From Desulfosoma sp. (GTDB lineage Bacteria; Desulfobacterota; Syntrophobacteria; Syntrophobacterales; DSM-9756), in assembly GCA_037481835.1 (NCBI GenBank), contig JBBFKW010000004.1, forward strand, positions 142,569-206,568: a stretch of DNA of 64,000 nucleotides. Reading direction: 5' to 3'. Positions 42,047 to 51,546 of this stretch are shown here, in pieces (position 1 is the first letter of the stretch; each line of letters begins with the position of its first letter). The notes under the pieces were generated by a model that saw only the letters and a list, made by a program, of their open reading frames with translations, ran no database searches and had not been told where the DNA came from. The position numbers were made by a program, and so were the translations under genes.

Positions 42047-42135
42047 CTGAGCCCCGTTGCCGGACCTTTTTTCGAGGATCCGGCTGTCACGACAATCCTT
42101 CGGCTCTCGGACTTTTTCAACACGTGCAGGCGGTA

Positions 42136-43605
42136 ATGAGGAGCGCACTCTTGGGGCACAGCGTGGGAGAAGAACCGCCCGGGAAAAGGCTTGGGTGCTG
42201 GATCGACGGCACCGAGCGGTTCGCGGAACCGTGGATGGCCGTCTGCGACCCGGCGACCGAGGACCCTCTCGCCCATGTTCCCGTCTGTGACGCCTCCTGG
42301 GTTCATCGGGCCGTGACCGGGGCCGTCCAAGCCCAAAAGGCGTGGGCGAAAGAACCGCCCCACCGCCGCCGCGATGTCCTGCGTTCCTTGGCTTGTCTCG
42401 TTCGCACCCGCAAAGACGACCTCTCGGGCCTGCTCAGCCGAGAAACCGGCAAACCCCGGAGCGCGGCCGCCTCCGAGGTCGACAATACGGCTCAATTGAT
42501 CGAGTATTTTGCAGAAGAAGCCTATCGCCTCTCGGGCCTGCTGCCTCTCTTGGGGGATCCGGGACGACACACCCTGGTCGTCCGCGAACCCGTGGGCGTG
42601 GTGGCGGCCATCACCCCCTTCAACTATCCGCTGAGCACCCTCATCTGCAAGGCGGCGCCCGCCTTGGCCGTGGGATGCGCCGTGGTGGCCAAGCCCGATG
42701 AACATACCCCTCTTGCGTCCTTGGCCCTTGCAAAGCTTTCCGCGGAAGCGGGTCTTCCGCCGGGCCTCTTCCAGGTGGTCACCGGGCCGGGGCCTTTAAC
42801 CGGCGCCATGCTGGTGGACCACCCCGCCATCCGTTGCATTTCCTTTACGGGCAGCACCGAAGTGGGTAAGGAGATCCAGAGGCGGGCCGCCTCGGGCGTC
42901 AAGCGCCTCATCCTGGAACTGGGCGGCACCTGCCCCGCCGTGATCTGCGAAGATGCGGATTGGCACTCCCATCTTCCTTCCATGATCGCCCAGGCCTACA
43001 AAAACTCCGGCCAGTATTGCTACCGCATCACGCGCTTCTACGTAGCCCAGTCCCTGTGGGAGGCATTCGTCACGGAATTCACGAAGCGCGTGATGGACCT
43101 CCGCGTGGGTCCCCCGGAGGAACCCGGCGTGGTCCTGGGGCCGCTCAACCACCGGGACATCCTCCGGCGCGTCGAGGAACAGGTGTCCCGGGCCCGGCAA
43201 GCGGGCGCCACGGTCCGCCAACCCCCCTTGCCCGGTCGGCTCACCCGTGGTTTCTACTATCCCCCGACCGTCATCACGGATCTCCCGGCCCACTCGCCCC
43301 TCCTTGAGGAAGAAATCTTCGGGCCCGTGACCTTTCTCATCCCCTTTGACGGCGAAGAGGAAGCCGTGGCCGAGGCCAACCGCTCCCCATACGGCCTTGC
43401 CGCATACGTCTTTACGCGCGATCTGGGAAAAGGTCTGCGCTTGGCCCACGATCTGGAAGCAGGCAGTGTGTGGATCAACGGCATTCACCAGGCCTTGCCG
43501 GACGCTCCCTTTGGGGGAATGAAACAAAGCGGCCTCGGCCGCGAAAAGTCCCGCTTCGGCGTCGAAGCCTTCACCGAGTTGAAGACGATCTACATGGCCT
43601 ACTGA
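42136..43605 (+). CDS. NAD(P)-dependent aldehyde dehydrogenase (SSADH-like)
   Basis: ITPFNYP, FTGSTEVG, LELGG, NSGQYC, EEIFGP, PFGGMKQSGLGRE. Confidence 0.92.
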   Translation: MRSALLGHSVGEEPPGKRLGCWIDGTERFAEPWMAVCDPATEDPLAHVPVCDASWVHRAVTGAVQAQKAWAKEPPHRRRDVLRSLACLVRTRKDDLSGLLSRETGKPRSAAASEVDNTAQLIEYFAEEAYRLSGLLPLLGDPGRHTLVVREPVGVVAAITPFNYPLSTLICKAAPALAVGCAVVAKPDEHTPLASLALAKLSAEAGLPPGLFQVVTGPGPLTGAMLVDHPAIRCISFTGSTEVGKEIQRRAASGVKRLILELGGTCPAVICEDADWHSHLPSMIAQAYKNSGQYCYRITRFYVAQSLWEAFVTEFTKRVMDLRVGPPEEPGVVLGPLNHRDILRRVEEQVSRARQAGATVRQPPLPGRLTRGFYYPPTVITDLPAHSPLLEEEIFGPVTFLIPFDGEEEAVAEANRSPYGLAAYVFTRDLGKGLRLAHDLEAGSVWINGIHQALPDAPFGGMKQSGLGREKSRFGVEAFTELKTIYMAY

Positions 43606-43618
43606 AAGGGGGCGGAAC

Positions 43619-44278
43619 ATGGTTCCCATTGTGTGCATCGTGGGCGCATCTAACGTGGGAAAGACAACCTTTCTCGAAAAGCTCATTCCCTCCTTGGTGC
43701 GCCGGGGCTACCGGGTCGGTACGGTCAAACACGACGTCCACGGCTTTCAAATGGACCGGGAAGGCAAGGACACATGGCGCCACGCTCAGGCGGGAGCCCA
43801 AACCATCGCCATTTCCTCGCCTGTGCGTGTCGCTTCCATCCGAAGCGTCCCCGTGGAATTGCCCTTGGAAGAGGTTGTCTCGCGATATTTTTGGGACGAA
43901 GATATCGTGCTCGCTGAAGGGTTCAAGAGGTCCGTCTTTCCCAAAATCGAGCTTTTCCGACCGGAAATCGAGCCTCGGCCTTTGTGCTCGCCCTCGGACA
44001 ACCTCATCGCCCTGGTCTCCGACGCGGCCGTGGAAACGGAGGTGCCCCGCTTTGCTTTCTCCGATGTGGACGGCCTGACCGACCTCATCCAATCCCGCTA
44101 CCTCGAGAGCCGAAAACGGCCCCGCGTGCTGGTCCAGTTGGACGGCAAAAAGCTTCCCATGAAAGACTTTGTGCAGGATTTTATCGCGGGCGGGGTCCTG
44201 GGGATGGTTTCCCAGCTGCGAGGCTGGAAGAGACCGAGGCAACTGCGCGTCACCATCACGCTGGGAGACGAAGCGTGA
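43619..44278 (+). CDS. mobB: Molybdopterin-guanine dinucleotide biosynthesis protein B
   Basis: VGASNVGKTT, VKHDVH, GKDTWRH, EGFK; C-terminal extension. Confidence 0.92.
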   Translation: MVPIVCIVGASNVGKTTFLEKLIPSLVRRGYRVGTVKHDVHGFQMDREGKDTWRHAQAGAQTIAISSPVRVASIRSVPVELPLEEVVSRYFWDEDIVLAEGFKRSVFPKIELFRPEIEPRPLCSPSDNLIALVSDAAVETEVPRFAFSDVDGLTDLIQSRYLESRKRPRVLVQLDGKKLPMKDFVQDFIAGGVLGMVSQLRGWKRPRQLRVTITLGDEA

Positions 44279-44904
44279 TCGCCGGAGCCGTCTTGGCCGG
44301 CGGAGAAAGCCGCCGTTTCGGGCGCAACAAGGCTCTGGAAAACCTCAAGGGCGTGCGCCTCATCGATCGCGCCGTAGCCCACCTTGCCGCCTTGTGCGAT
44401 CCCGTCATGATTGTGGCTAACGATCTTTCGCCCTACATGGATCTCGACGTTTTGCTCGTGCGCGATGTCGTCCCTCGGTTCGGGCCTCTCGGCGGCATCT
44501 ATACCGCTTTGTATTTTTCTCCACATCCCTGGGTGCTCGTGCGGGCCACGGACATGCCTTTTCTGGAACCATCCCTGGCCCAGGCCCTCATTGCGCTCAC
44601 CCAGACCCCCCACGTGGATGTGATCGTGCTCAAAAAAGACAACGCCTTCGAACCGCTCATGGCCCTCTACCACGTGCGATGCCTGCCGTATATCCGTCGT
44701 TGCATGGAAGCGGATCGCCGGCAGGTGATCAGTTTCTATCGCAGTGTGAAAGTACACGCCGTCGAAGAATCCCAATGGCGCGTGTACGATCCCGAGGGCG
44801 TGAGCTTGTGGAACATCAACACGCCCGAGGACTGGCAGCGTATTGTTGAACGGTCTTCTGAGGAAGTTGGCCGCACAGGTCCCCCGCACCCCGAGGACGC
44901 CTAA
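44275..44904 (+). CDS. mobA: Molybdenum cofactor guanylyltransferase
   Basis: GTG start overlapping the mobB stop; LAGGESRRFGRNKA, GPLGGI, DMPF, EPL.ALY, NINTPED. Confidence 0.92.
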   Translation: MIAGAVLAGGESRRFGRNKALENLKGVRLIDRAVAHLAALCDPVMIVANDLSPYMDLDVLLVRDVVPRFGPLGGIYTALYFSPHPWVLVRATDMPFLEPSLAQALIALTQTPHVDVIVLKKDNAFEPLMALYHVRCLPYIRRCMEADRRQVISFYRSVKVHAVEESQWRVYDPEGVSLWNINTPEDWQRIVERSSEEVGRTGPPHPEDA

Positions 44905-44905
44905 G

Positions 44906-46150
44906 ATGCCGACGCGGCCGGAGCCCATCTCTCTGGAACAAGCCGCCGCTTTGGCGGCCGGAGCCGTAACCCAGGCGCCCGTTCGATGGGTTCCCGTGGA
45001 TGCGGCCCTTCACCGGATTTCGGCCCGGGATCTTGTTTGTCCGTTTCCCATTCCCGCAGAAGCCCGATCCCGCATGGACGGGTACGCCGTGCGAGCCCAG
45101 GATACGCGCGGGGCGTCTCGGGCCGATCCTCGGATGCTTCGTTGTCTCGACCAAACCCTAGCCGCGGGAACAGTGCCGGCCGTGCCCCTGGAACGGGGAA
45201 CGGCATGCCGCATCCTCACAGGAGCCGTTCTGCCCGACGGGGCCGATGCCGTCGTTGCCGATGAGGACGCCGAACGCTCTGGGGACACCATCCGTGTTTT
45301 TGCGGAGGCGTTTCCAGGCCAATGGATATCCCCTGCGGGCGAAGGCATGGAGCGTGGAGCCGTCGGCGTTCGTGCCGGAACCCGCCTGACGGCCCCTCGT
45401 CTCGCCGCGGCCGTAGCCATGGGCTACGCTCACGTTCCCGTCTTTACCCGCTGCCGCGTGGCCGTCATGAGCACGGGAAGCGAAATCCTCGAACCGGGCT
45501 CAGCGTGGCGCCCGGGGGCTTCCTACGCCGACACACGCTATCTGTTGGCCGGATGGCTGCGTTCCGTGGGAGCCGTCCCTATCCATCTGGGATGTGCCGC
45601 CGACGACCCGTCGGCCATTGCGGCCCTTCTCGACAAAGCCCCGGGGCCGGTGGCGGTGACCACGGGAGGGACGGGGCGCGGCGACAAGGATTTCGTTTTC
45701 CGCGTCTGGGATGATCTGGGAATCACCCCGATTTTTCACGGTGTGGCCATGAAACCCGGTGGCGGCACAGCTCTCGGCCGCCGGGAAGGCCGTCTTTTTT
45801 GGGCCGTTCCAGGAACGCCGTGGGCCGCCACGGTGGTTTTCCACGAACTTTTCCTCCCCATGCTGGAAACCTGGTACGGGTCCACGGAACCTTTCATCCG
45901 GACCTACACGGCGCATCTCGAACGCGGGCTAACATGGGAAAACCGTGGGGTTCGAGCCGTCCCTGGAAGGCTTTTCACGCGGGAAAACCAACTCTGGTTC
46001 GACCCGCTCCCTCCACACTCGTCCCATTCCGTGTTCGATCTTGCGGAAATCAACGCTTATGCCCTGGTTCCCACCGGGCGCGGAAGGCTCGATGCGGAAT
46101 CCCCCATCACGGCCAGACTCCTTACGGGACACGGGATCGCACCCCAATGA
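44906..46150 (+). CDS. moeA: Molybdopterin molybdotransferase, divergent
   Basis: SRMDGYAV, ILTGAVLPDGADAVV, STGSEI, TTGGTG.G..D, MKPG. Confidence 0.85.
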   Translation: MPTRPEPISLEQAAALAAGAVTQAPVRWVPVDAALHRISARDLVCPFPIPAEARSRMDGYAVRAQDTRGASRADPRMLRCLDQTLAAGTVPAVPLERGTACRILTGAVLPDGADAVVADEDAERSGDTIRVFAEAFPGQWISPAGEGMERGAVGVRAGTRLTAPRLAAAVAMGYAHVPVFTRCRVAVMSTGSEILEPGSAWRPGASYADTRYLLAGWLRSVGAVPIHLGCAADDPSAIAALLDKAPGPVAVTTGGTGRGDKDFVFRVWDDLGITPIFHGVAMKPGGGTALGRREGRLFWAVPGTPWAATVVFHELFLPMLETWYGSTEPFIRTYTAHLERGLTWENRGVRAVPGRLFTRENQLWFDPLPPHSSHSVFDLAEINAYALVPTGRGRLDAESPITARLLTGHGIAPQ

Positions 46151-46268
46151 TCCCTGAGGCCGCCACAGGTCTGACCGAGGCCGGGGAAGGCGATTCTTCG
46201 CACGAACCCCTATTCAAGAGAGTGCAGAGTGTGTATAGTGCGGGCTCGACTTTTCAAGCGCACAGAGG

Positions 46269-46955
46269 ATGCTATCCATGCTCAAAGGGACATATATCGA
46301 AACGCAATATTACAAGGTTTTGCAAACCTATCTCGTTCCGGTGCTCGTCCGGCTGAGACTTCGTCCCAACCACGTCTCCATTCTCGGCCTTGGGATAAGC
46401 GCGGCGGCAGGGCTGGGGTTCCTCTTCCAGCCCCTCTGGGGCGGTATCCTCACCCTGGTGGCAGGCCTCGTGGATACTCTGGACGGCAGTTTGGCTCGAA
46501 GCACCGGCCAAGCGCGAAATTCCGGCGCGTTCCTGGATTCCGTCCTGGACCGCTATTCCGAGTTTTTCATCTACCTCGGCATCTGGGGCTATTTTTATCG
46601 AAAGGGCGCCTCGGAACCCGCGCTTTCCGTGATCATCCTGTGCATTCTGTTCGGATCCCTCATGGTGAGTTATACCCGGGCGCGCGCCGAGGGGCTGGGG
46701 CAAAAATGCATGGTCGGCTTCCTGCAGCGGGGAGAACGCGTGATCTTGTTGGGACTGGGCGGCATCGTCAACCCCGCCTTCAACAAGCTTTCCCGACTTC
46801 CCCTGAGCTCCTCCCCCGAAGATGCCTTCCTCACGGTCATTCTTTTCATTCTGGCCGTTGGCACAAACCTTACGGCCTTATGGCGCTTTCAGCACGTGCT
46901 CAAGAATCTGCACCACGATCGCCCTTCGAAGCCCGCCACCGACACCGAAGGCTGA
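46269..46955 (+). CDS. CDP-alcohol phosphatidyltransferase family protein
   Basis: DTLDGSLAR...GAFLDSVLDRYSE, SYTRARAE, QRGER. Confidence 0.9.
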   Translation: MLSMLKGTYIETQYYKVLQTYLVPVLVRLRLRPNHVSILGLGISAAAGLGFLFQPLWGGILTLVAGLVDTLDGSLARSTGQARNSGAFLDSVLDRYSEFFIYLGIWGYFYRKGASEPALSVIILCILFGSLMVSYTRARAEGLGQKCMVGFLQRGERVILLGLGGIVNPAFNKLSRLPLSSSPEDAFLTVILFILAVGTNLTALWRFQHVLKNLHHDRPSKPATDTEG

Positions 46956-46983
46956 TCCGCCGCGGGACGCTTCCCCGTCCTGC

Positions 46984-47481
46984 CTAGAGGATGGGCTCCG
47001 GAAGTTTTCGCAAAATGACCCGGTCGTCTTCCCGGTAGATTTCAAAAGAGTCCCCCACGGAAAACCCCAACTGGTCGATCAAGAGCGCCTTGTTCAGGGT
47101 GATGCTGCCGCTTTGACCGATGGTGCGATGATTGGTCGTCTTGATCACCACGGACGGCACCGGCGCCGTCGCCGGCTTCGGGCGGCGTCGCACAACGACC
47201 TTAGAAGCCATTGCCGCCTCGGCCTCCTCCTGCTCTTTGCTGACGACCTGGGGTTGGGACACGACGCGATGGTGCCGGTGCGGGGTGGGTTCCGCCGCGC
47301 GGTGCCGGCCGAAGCCCATCTGGGGAATTTCGCCCAGTTCCATGAGCCCCTTGAGATACAGGTCCTGAACTTCGCTTTTAAATCGAAGCCCGAACAGCTT
47401 TTGGACCGCTTCCAAAGAGCGGCCGTTACGGATTTCGTTGACGATCAGTTTGGGATCAATGTTTTTGTATTCCACATCCAT
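46984..47481 (-). CDS. Hypothetical protein with C-terminal AbrB/SpoVT-like domain
   Basis: RTIGQSGSITLNKALLIDQLGFSVGDSFEIYREDDRVILRKL fits a swapped-hairpin pattern; AAGGA RBS. Confidence 0.7.
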   Translation of the reverse strand: MDVEYKNIDPKLIVNEIRNGRSLEAVQKLFGLRFKSEVQDLYLKGLMELGEIPQMGFGRHRAAEPTPHRHHRVVSQPQVVSKEQEEAEAAMASKVVVRRRPKPATAPVPSVVIKTTNHRTIGQSGSITLNKALLIDQLGFSVGDSFEIYREDDRVILRKLPEPIL

Positions 47482-47987
47482 CGTGCGTTCCTTTCGTGTA
47501 AACATCCAAGGCACCTCTTCGCAGAAAAATTTTTAGACAAAAGCCTTGTCGTTTGCCGTGACGGTTTGGCCTTGACGCACACCTCAGCGGACCGAAAGAA
47601 GGGGGACAGGCGATCCGGACTCCCCCGAGCGATGATGCGCTCCACCGTCTGCAACGCCTGAGACGGGGAAAACTTCACCGGCAGGGGGAACTTGTCCGAG
47701 TATGTTGTCGACTCACAAAATTCGGGATTTTTTCGAGATGCGACGACGAAGCCTCAACGGCACTCTTTTCCTAACAAAGTCTCATCACAGAATCAACCTT
47801 CTTTGCACTCGGAAATTTTTTTGACGAAACCAAGGCTTGCAGCCGCAATGCACCCTTGCGAAAGCCCGCTGCGGCGGGCGTCTTTATAAGGGAGACGTGG
47901 GGGCAGGTCAATGGCAAAAATGCACGGCAAAATCTTTTTTCGCAACGCCTTCTTTTGATCCCTTCCGCGCGGGCTCACCCCTTTAGC

Positions 47988-49046
47988 TCACGTCCCTCGA
48001 AGGATCTCAGAAAGGTCCCGGGTCAAAACGGCGACTCGCTCCGCATGCCGCTCGCTCAAGGTGCCGCAGCCGCAACTGGGCGTAAAAAGGCTTTGCGCCA
48101 GCACGGCATCCACGGATCTTTCCCCACCCAAGAACCCTCTGACCTGATCGGTCCACCTTTTCGCCAGATCCTCAGCGGACACGGCATCAATCAAGGCTTC
48201 CTCCGCCGTGGGCACCATCCCCCACGCCACTATACCGCCTCGGTCCAAGAACCCCACGCATGGATTTCGATACAAGGCGAAACGGTCAAAGAATTGGTAA
48301 GCATCCAGATTGATAATATCCAGGGGGCATTCGAAAATGAGGCCCCAGTCCGTGTTGGCGCAGACGTGAACGCCCACCAAAGCCCCCGCCTTTCTTATGG
48401 GCTCGGCCACTTCCCTCAGCAGGGCTTTGACATCCTCGGCGGACACGGTGATAAAGGCCGAAGTCCCGAAGCCGGCCAAAGCCGGCTCATCGAGAAAGAG
48501 GATCACGGGCTTTGCCCATTGGGAGAGCCGGCGAACCTGCCAGAGCGCTTTCATGGCGAGATGCTTGACCACCACATCGCGCATCCTTTCATCGAAAAGG
48601 AGCGCGCGCCGCTTTTGATCCGTCAAGCCGCTCAATAGCGTGAACGGCCCGACGATCTGCCCTTTGACGGCGTTCCAGCGGGCAGGGCGCTCGGCCAACC
48701 GATCCAAGAAGAGCCGAAACGTTCGGCCCGACTCTTCGCCCATGGCGAACCGGGACTGATCCAGCAGAGACGGGGAGCCGTCAACGGCCAGATAATCTTC
48801 ATAAAAAGACAAGATTTCCTGATCCGCGCCTTCCGTATCCACCCACACGCGCCCGGCGTCCCACCTCACGCCCGGGAGCCCTTCCAGGTATTGCACCATC
48901 ATCTGTTCGGCGGGGTATTTGGGCAGCTGGGGCCATACGGGAATGTGGGTCATGATGTCCAAAATGACGGAGACGGCGCGTTCCGGATCGGTGTGGGGCA
49001 TGCTGCCCACAAGAGTCGCCTGTCCTGCGGCTTCGAAGAGTCCCAT
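47988..49046 (-). CDS. Core (single-barrel) methionine synthase-like protein
   Basis: TLVGSMPH, WPQLP, KGQIVGPFTL, FLDEP, GVHVC, VAWGMVP, TPSCG. Confidence 0.8.
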   Translation of the reverse strand: MGLFEAAGQATLVGSMPHTDPERAVSVILDIMTHIPVWPQLPKYPAEQMMVQYLEGLPGVRWDAGRVWVDTEGADQEILSFYEDYLAVDGSPSLLDQSRFAMGEESGRTFRLFLDRLAERPARWNAVKGQIVGPFTLLSGLTDQKRRALLFDERMRDVVVKHLAMKALWQVRRLSQWAKPVILFLDEPALAGFGTSAFITVSAEDVKALLREVAEPIRKAGALVGVHVCANTDWGLIFECPLDIINLDAYQFFDRFALYRNPCVGFLDRGGIVAWGMVPTAEEALIDAVSAEDLAKRWTDQVRGFLGGERSVDAVLAQSLFTPSCGCGTLSERHAERVAVLTRDLSEILRGT

Positions 49047-49242
49047 TGCAAAATCGCTCCAGCAAAGGTATGGTTTTATGTCACGTATATCTTTAGGGAA
49101 TTGGGGCTGCGGAAACGTTCGTCCTCGTTCCCCGCACCGTCTATCACAGTGCGGCTGCCTCGTCAAATGGAGCTCCGGAAGGGACGGTTCGGTTGCGCCG
49201 GATCTTCCGATTCGGCCCACATGGTCTTACGTGGAGAGCGGC

Positions 49243-50217
49243 ATGGCGACAAGAGCTCATGGTCCCCGGGACCGCGACCCCCAAGACAAGAAATTCCTCT
49301 ATATCCTCTTCGTCGTGCTCCTGCTCCTCACAACGGGCGCTCTTTTCCTTCTCATGAAAACGGGAAAACGGCCTTTCGCACCGGAAGTCCCGCCGTCTGA
49401 AAAGCCGGAAAACCTCGCTAGAGTTCCCAAGGACGTGGGTCCTGAACAAGTTCGAAGGCCCGTTCCCACCCCGGAACCGGCGCCGCAGCCCGCACCGCCC
49501 CCTTTGGCAGCCTCGCCTCCGCCCTATCCCGACGTTCCGCCCCAGGCGTCCCAGGACCAACGCAAGGAGGCTTTCGGGCTCAAATCCAGCGTGGATCATG
49601 TTGTCCAAAGCCGGGAACCCTTCAACGCCCACGGCCGCCAATGGACTGTGGAGGAGATCCAAAGGCGACTGGCCGGCCGGGCGGGTCAAGGCCCCTCAAG
49701 AACCGCTGAACCGAACACCCTGGGGGACTTTGTCCGAAAGCCTGCTCCAGGCGAATCGACCCAAGGGGAACAGAAGCGGCCGACGCTCTACTACGGGGTC
49801 CGTTCGGTCCGTCCCGGGGAAAACCTCTGGAGAATCCACTACGGTGTGGTGCGGGAATATTTCGCCCGCCGCGGGATCGAGCTGCCGAATCGAGCGGACC
49901 AGCCCCGAGCCGACGGCCGCAGCAGCGGTGTCGGGCGAATTTTAAAATTCCTGGAAGGCATCGTCTACGTCTACAACACGCGGGAAAATCGGCTGGTGGA
50001 GGACCTGGATCTCCTCTACCCCAACGATCTCATCGTGTTTTTCAAGATTTCAGAGGTCTTCCAGGCCTTGGACCAGGTGAATGCCGAAGAATTGGATGCT
50101 GTGCGATACCTGGGGCCCACCCTCCAGGTGAAAGCCCCTTCCAAATCTCGTGTTCTTTTGAATCAAAAGGACCTCAAGGACCAACCACCCCCACCCGTGC
50201 CGGAAAAGGGGCGTTGA
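49243..50217 (+). CDS. Membrane-anchored protein with Pro-rich linker and split LysM-like motif
   Basis: TM FLYILFVVLLLLTTGALFLLM; VRPGENLWRI and later DLDLLYPNDLI. Confidence 0.65.
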   Translation: MATRAHGPRDRDPQDKKFLYILFVVLLLLTTGALFLLMKTGKRPFAPEVPPSEKPENLARVPKDVGPEQVRRPVPTPEPAPQPAPPPLAASPPPYPDVPPQASQDQRKEAFGLKSSVDHVVQSREPFNAHGRQWTVEEIQRRLAGRAGQGPSRTAEPNTLGDFVRKPAPGESTQGEQKRPTLYYGVRSVRPGENLWRIHYGVVREYFARRGIELPNRADQPRADGRSSGVGRILKFLEGIVYVYNTRENRLVEDLDLLYPNDLIVFFKISEVFQALDQVNAEELDAVRYLGPTLQVKAPSKSRVLLNQKDLKDQPPPPVPEKGR

Positions 50218-50256
50218 CAGCCGGCACGGGGCACGCCCCGGACAAGGAGGAGATGC

Positions 50257-51546
50257 ATGGCGCAGGATCTGAAAAAGATGTACCGCACGGTCATGGACGA
50301 CCATTTCCCGGAGGACCTGACGATCCGATTCGGCGATCAAGAACTCGTCTATCGCAAGCGCACATGGAAATTTCCCGATGAAAAAACAGGCGAACTCATT
50401 GAAAAAGGCCTCCGCTACGGGGAAAACCCGGGCCAGGAAGCGGCCCTTTACGAACTGGTTGCGGGAAACCTCACCCTGGGAGACTGCCGCTTTATCGAAC
50501 CGGGCCGGGGCTTGGTCAGCGCCGTGTCCGAAGAGGACATGGTTCAGGCGGGCAAACATCCCGGGAAAATCAACCTCACGGACTTGGACAACGGCCTTAA
50601 TATCATCAAATATCTTATGGATCGCCCCTGCGCCGTGATCCTCAAGCACAACAACCCCTGCGGGGCCGCCCATGGGCAGACCCTGGCGGAAGCGTACTTT
50701 CGGGCGAACCGGGCGGACCGGATCGCCGCCTTCGGCGGCTGCCTCGTGCTCAACCGCCCTCTGGACAAGGACACGGCGGAATTGGCCGCCCAAAACTACT
50801 TGGAAGTCCTGGCGGCTCCCGACTTTGAAGAAGGCGCATTGGATATCGTCAAAAAAAGAGCGAACCTTCGCATCATTCAAGTGCGGCGCATGGACCGACT
50901 CTCTGAATACCGCGACCTGCGCTTTGTCGACTTCAAGTCCCTCATGGACGGGGGACTCATCGTGCAGCAATCCGCCCTCTGCGCCGTGAAAGGGCCTCAG
51001 GATCTCAAACTTGCCGAAACGGTCCACGAAGGCAAAACGTATCGGATTCAGAGGGCTCCCACCCAAAAGGAAATGGAGGATCTCCTTTTCGGCTGGTACG
51101 TCGAACAGGGCGTGACGTCCAATTCGGTGCTCTACGTCAAGGACCTGTGCACGGTGGCCATCGGCACCGGCGAACAGGACCGGGTCGGGGTGGCGGAATT
51201 GGCCGTCTACAAGGCCTACCGCAACTACGGGGACGCGCTGTGCTTCGAAAAGTACGGGTTGTCCTACAAAGAACTGGAGCGGGCCGTGGAAACGGGCCGG
51301 CGGCCCCGGGAAGACCGGGAAGCCATCGATGCGGCCGTGCGGGAAGTGCGCGCCGGCCTGGTGGGCTCCACCATGGTTTCCGACGCCTTCTTCCCCTTTC
51401 GGGATGGCGTGGATGTGGGCATTCGCCAGGGAATCACCGCGGTGGTCCAACCCGGAGGATCCCTCAGGGATTGGGAAGTCATCGAAGCCTGCAATGAAGC
51501 GGGCGTGACCATGGTCTTCACCGGCCAGAGGGCCTTCAAGCACTAG
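50257..51546 (+). CDS. purH: AICAR transformylase-domain protein (PurH lacking the N-terminal IMP cyclohydrolase domain)
   Basis: LRYGENP, KHNNPCG, AFGG, SNSV, SDAFFPFRD, QPGGS.RD, terminal FKH. Confidence 0.85.
   Translation: MAQDLKKMYRTVMDDHFPEDLTIRFGDQELVYRKRTWKFPDEKTGELIEKGLRYGENPGQEAALYELVAGNLTLGDCRFIEPGRGLVSAVSEEDMVQAGKHPGKINLTDLDNGLNIIKYLMDRPCAVILKHNNPCGAAHGQTLAEAYFRANRADRIAAFGGCLVLNRPLDKDTAELAAQNYLEVLAAPDFEEGALDIVKKRANLRIIQVRRMDRLSEYRDLRFVDFKSLMDGGLIVQQSALCAVKGPQDLKLAETVHEGKTYRIQRAPTQKEMEDLLFGWYVEQGVTSNSVLYVKDLCTVAIGTGEQDRVGVAELAVYKAYRNYGDALCFEKYGLSYKELERAVETGRRPREDREAIDAAVREVRAGLVGSTMVSDAFFPFRDGVDVGIRQGITAVVQPGGSLRDWEVIEACNEAGVTMVFTGQRAFKH

Noticed and set aside
47530..47580. GGCAAAC on the minus strand, suggestive of a c-di-GMP-I riboswitch
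   Set aside because: It lacks the following GAAA tetraloop stem and the GACGCAAAGCC element.
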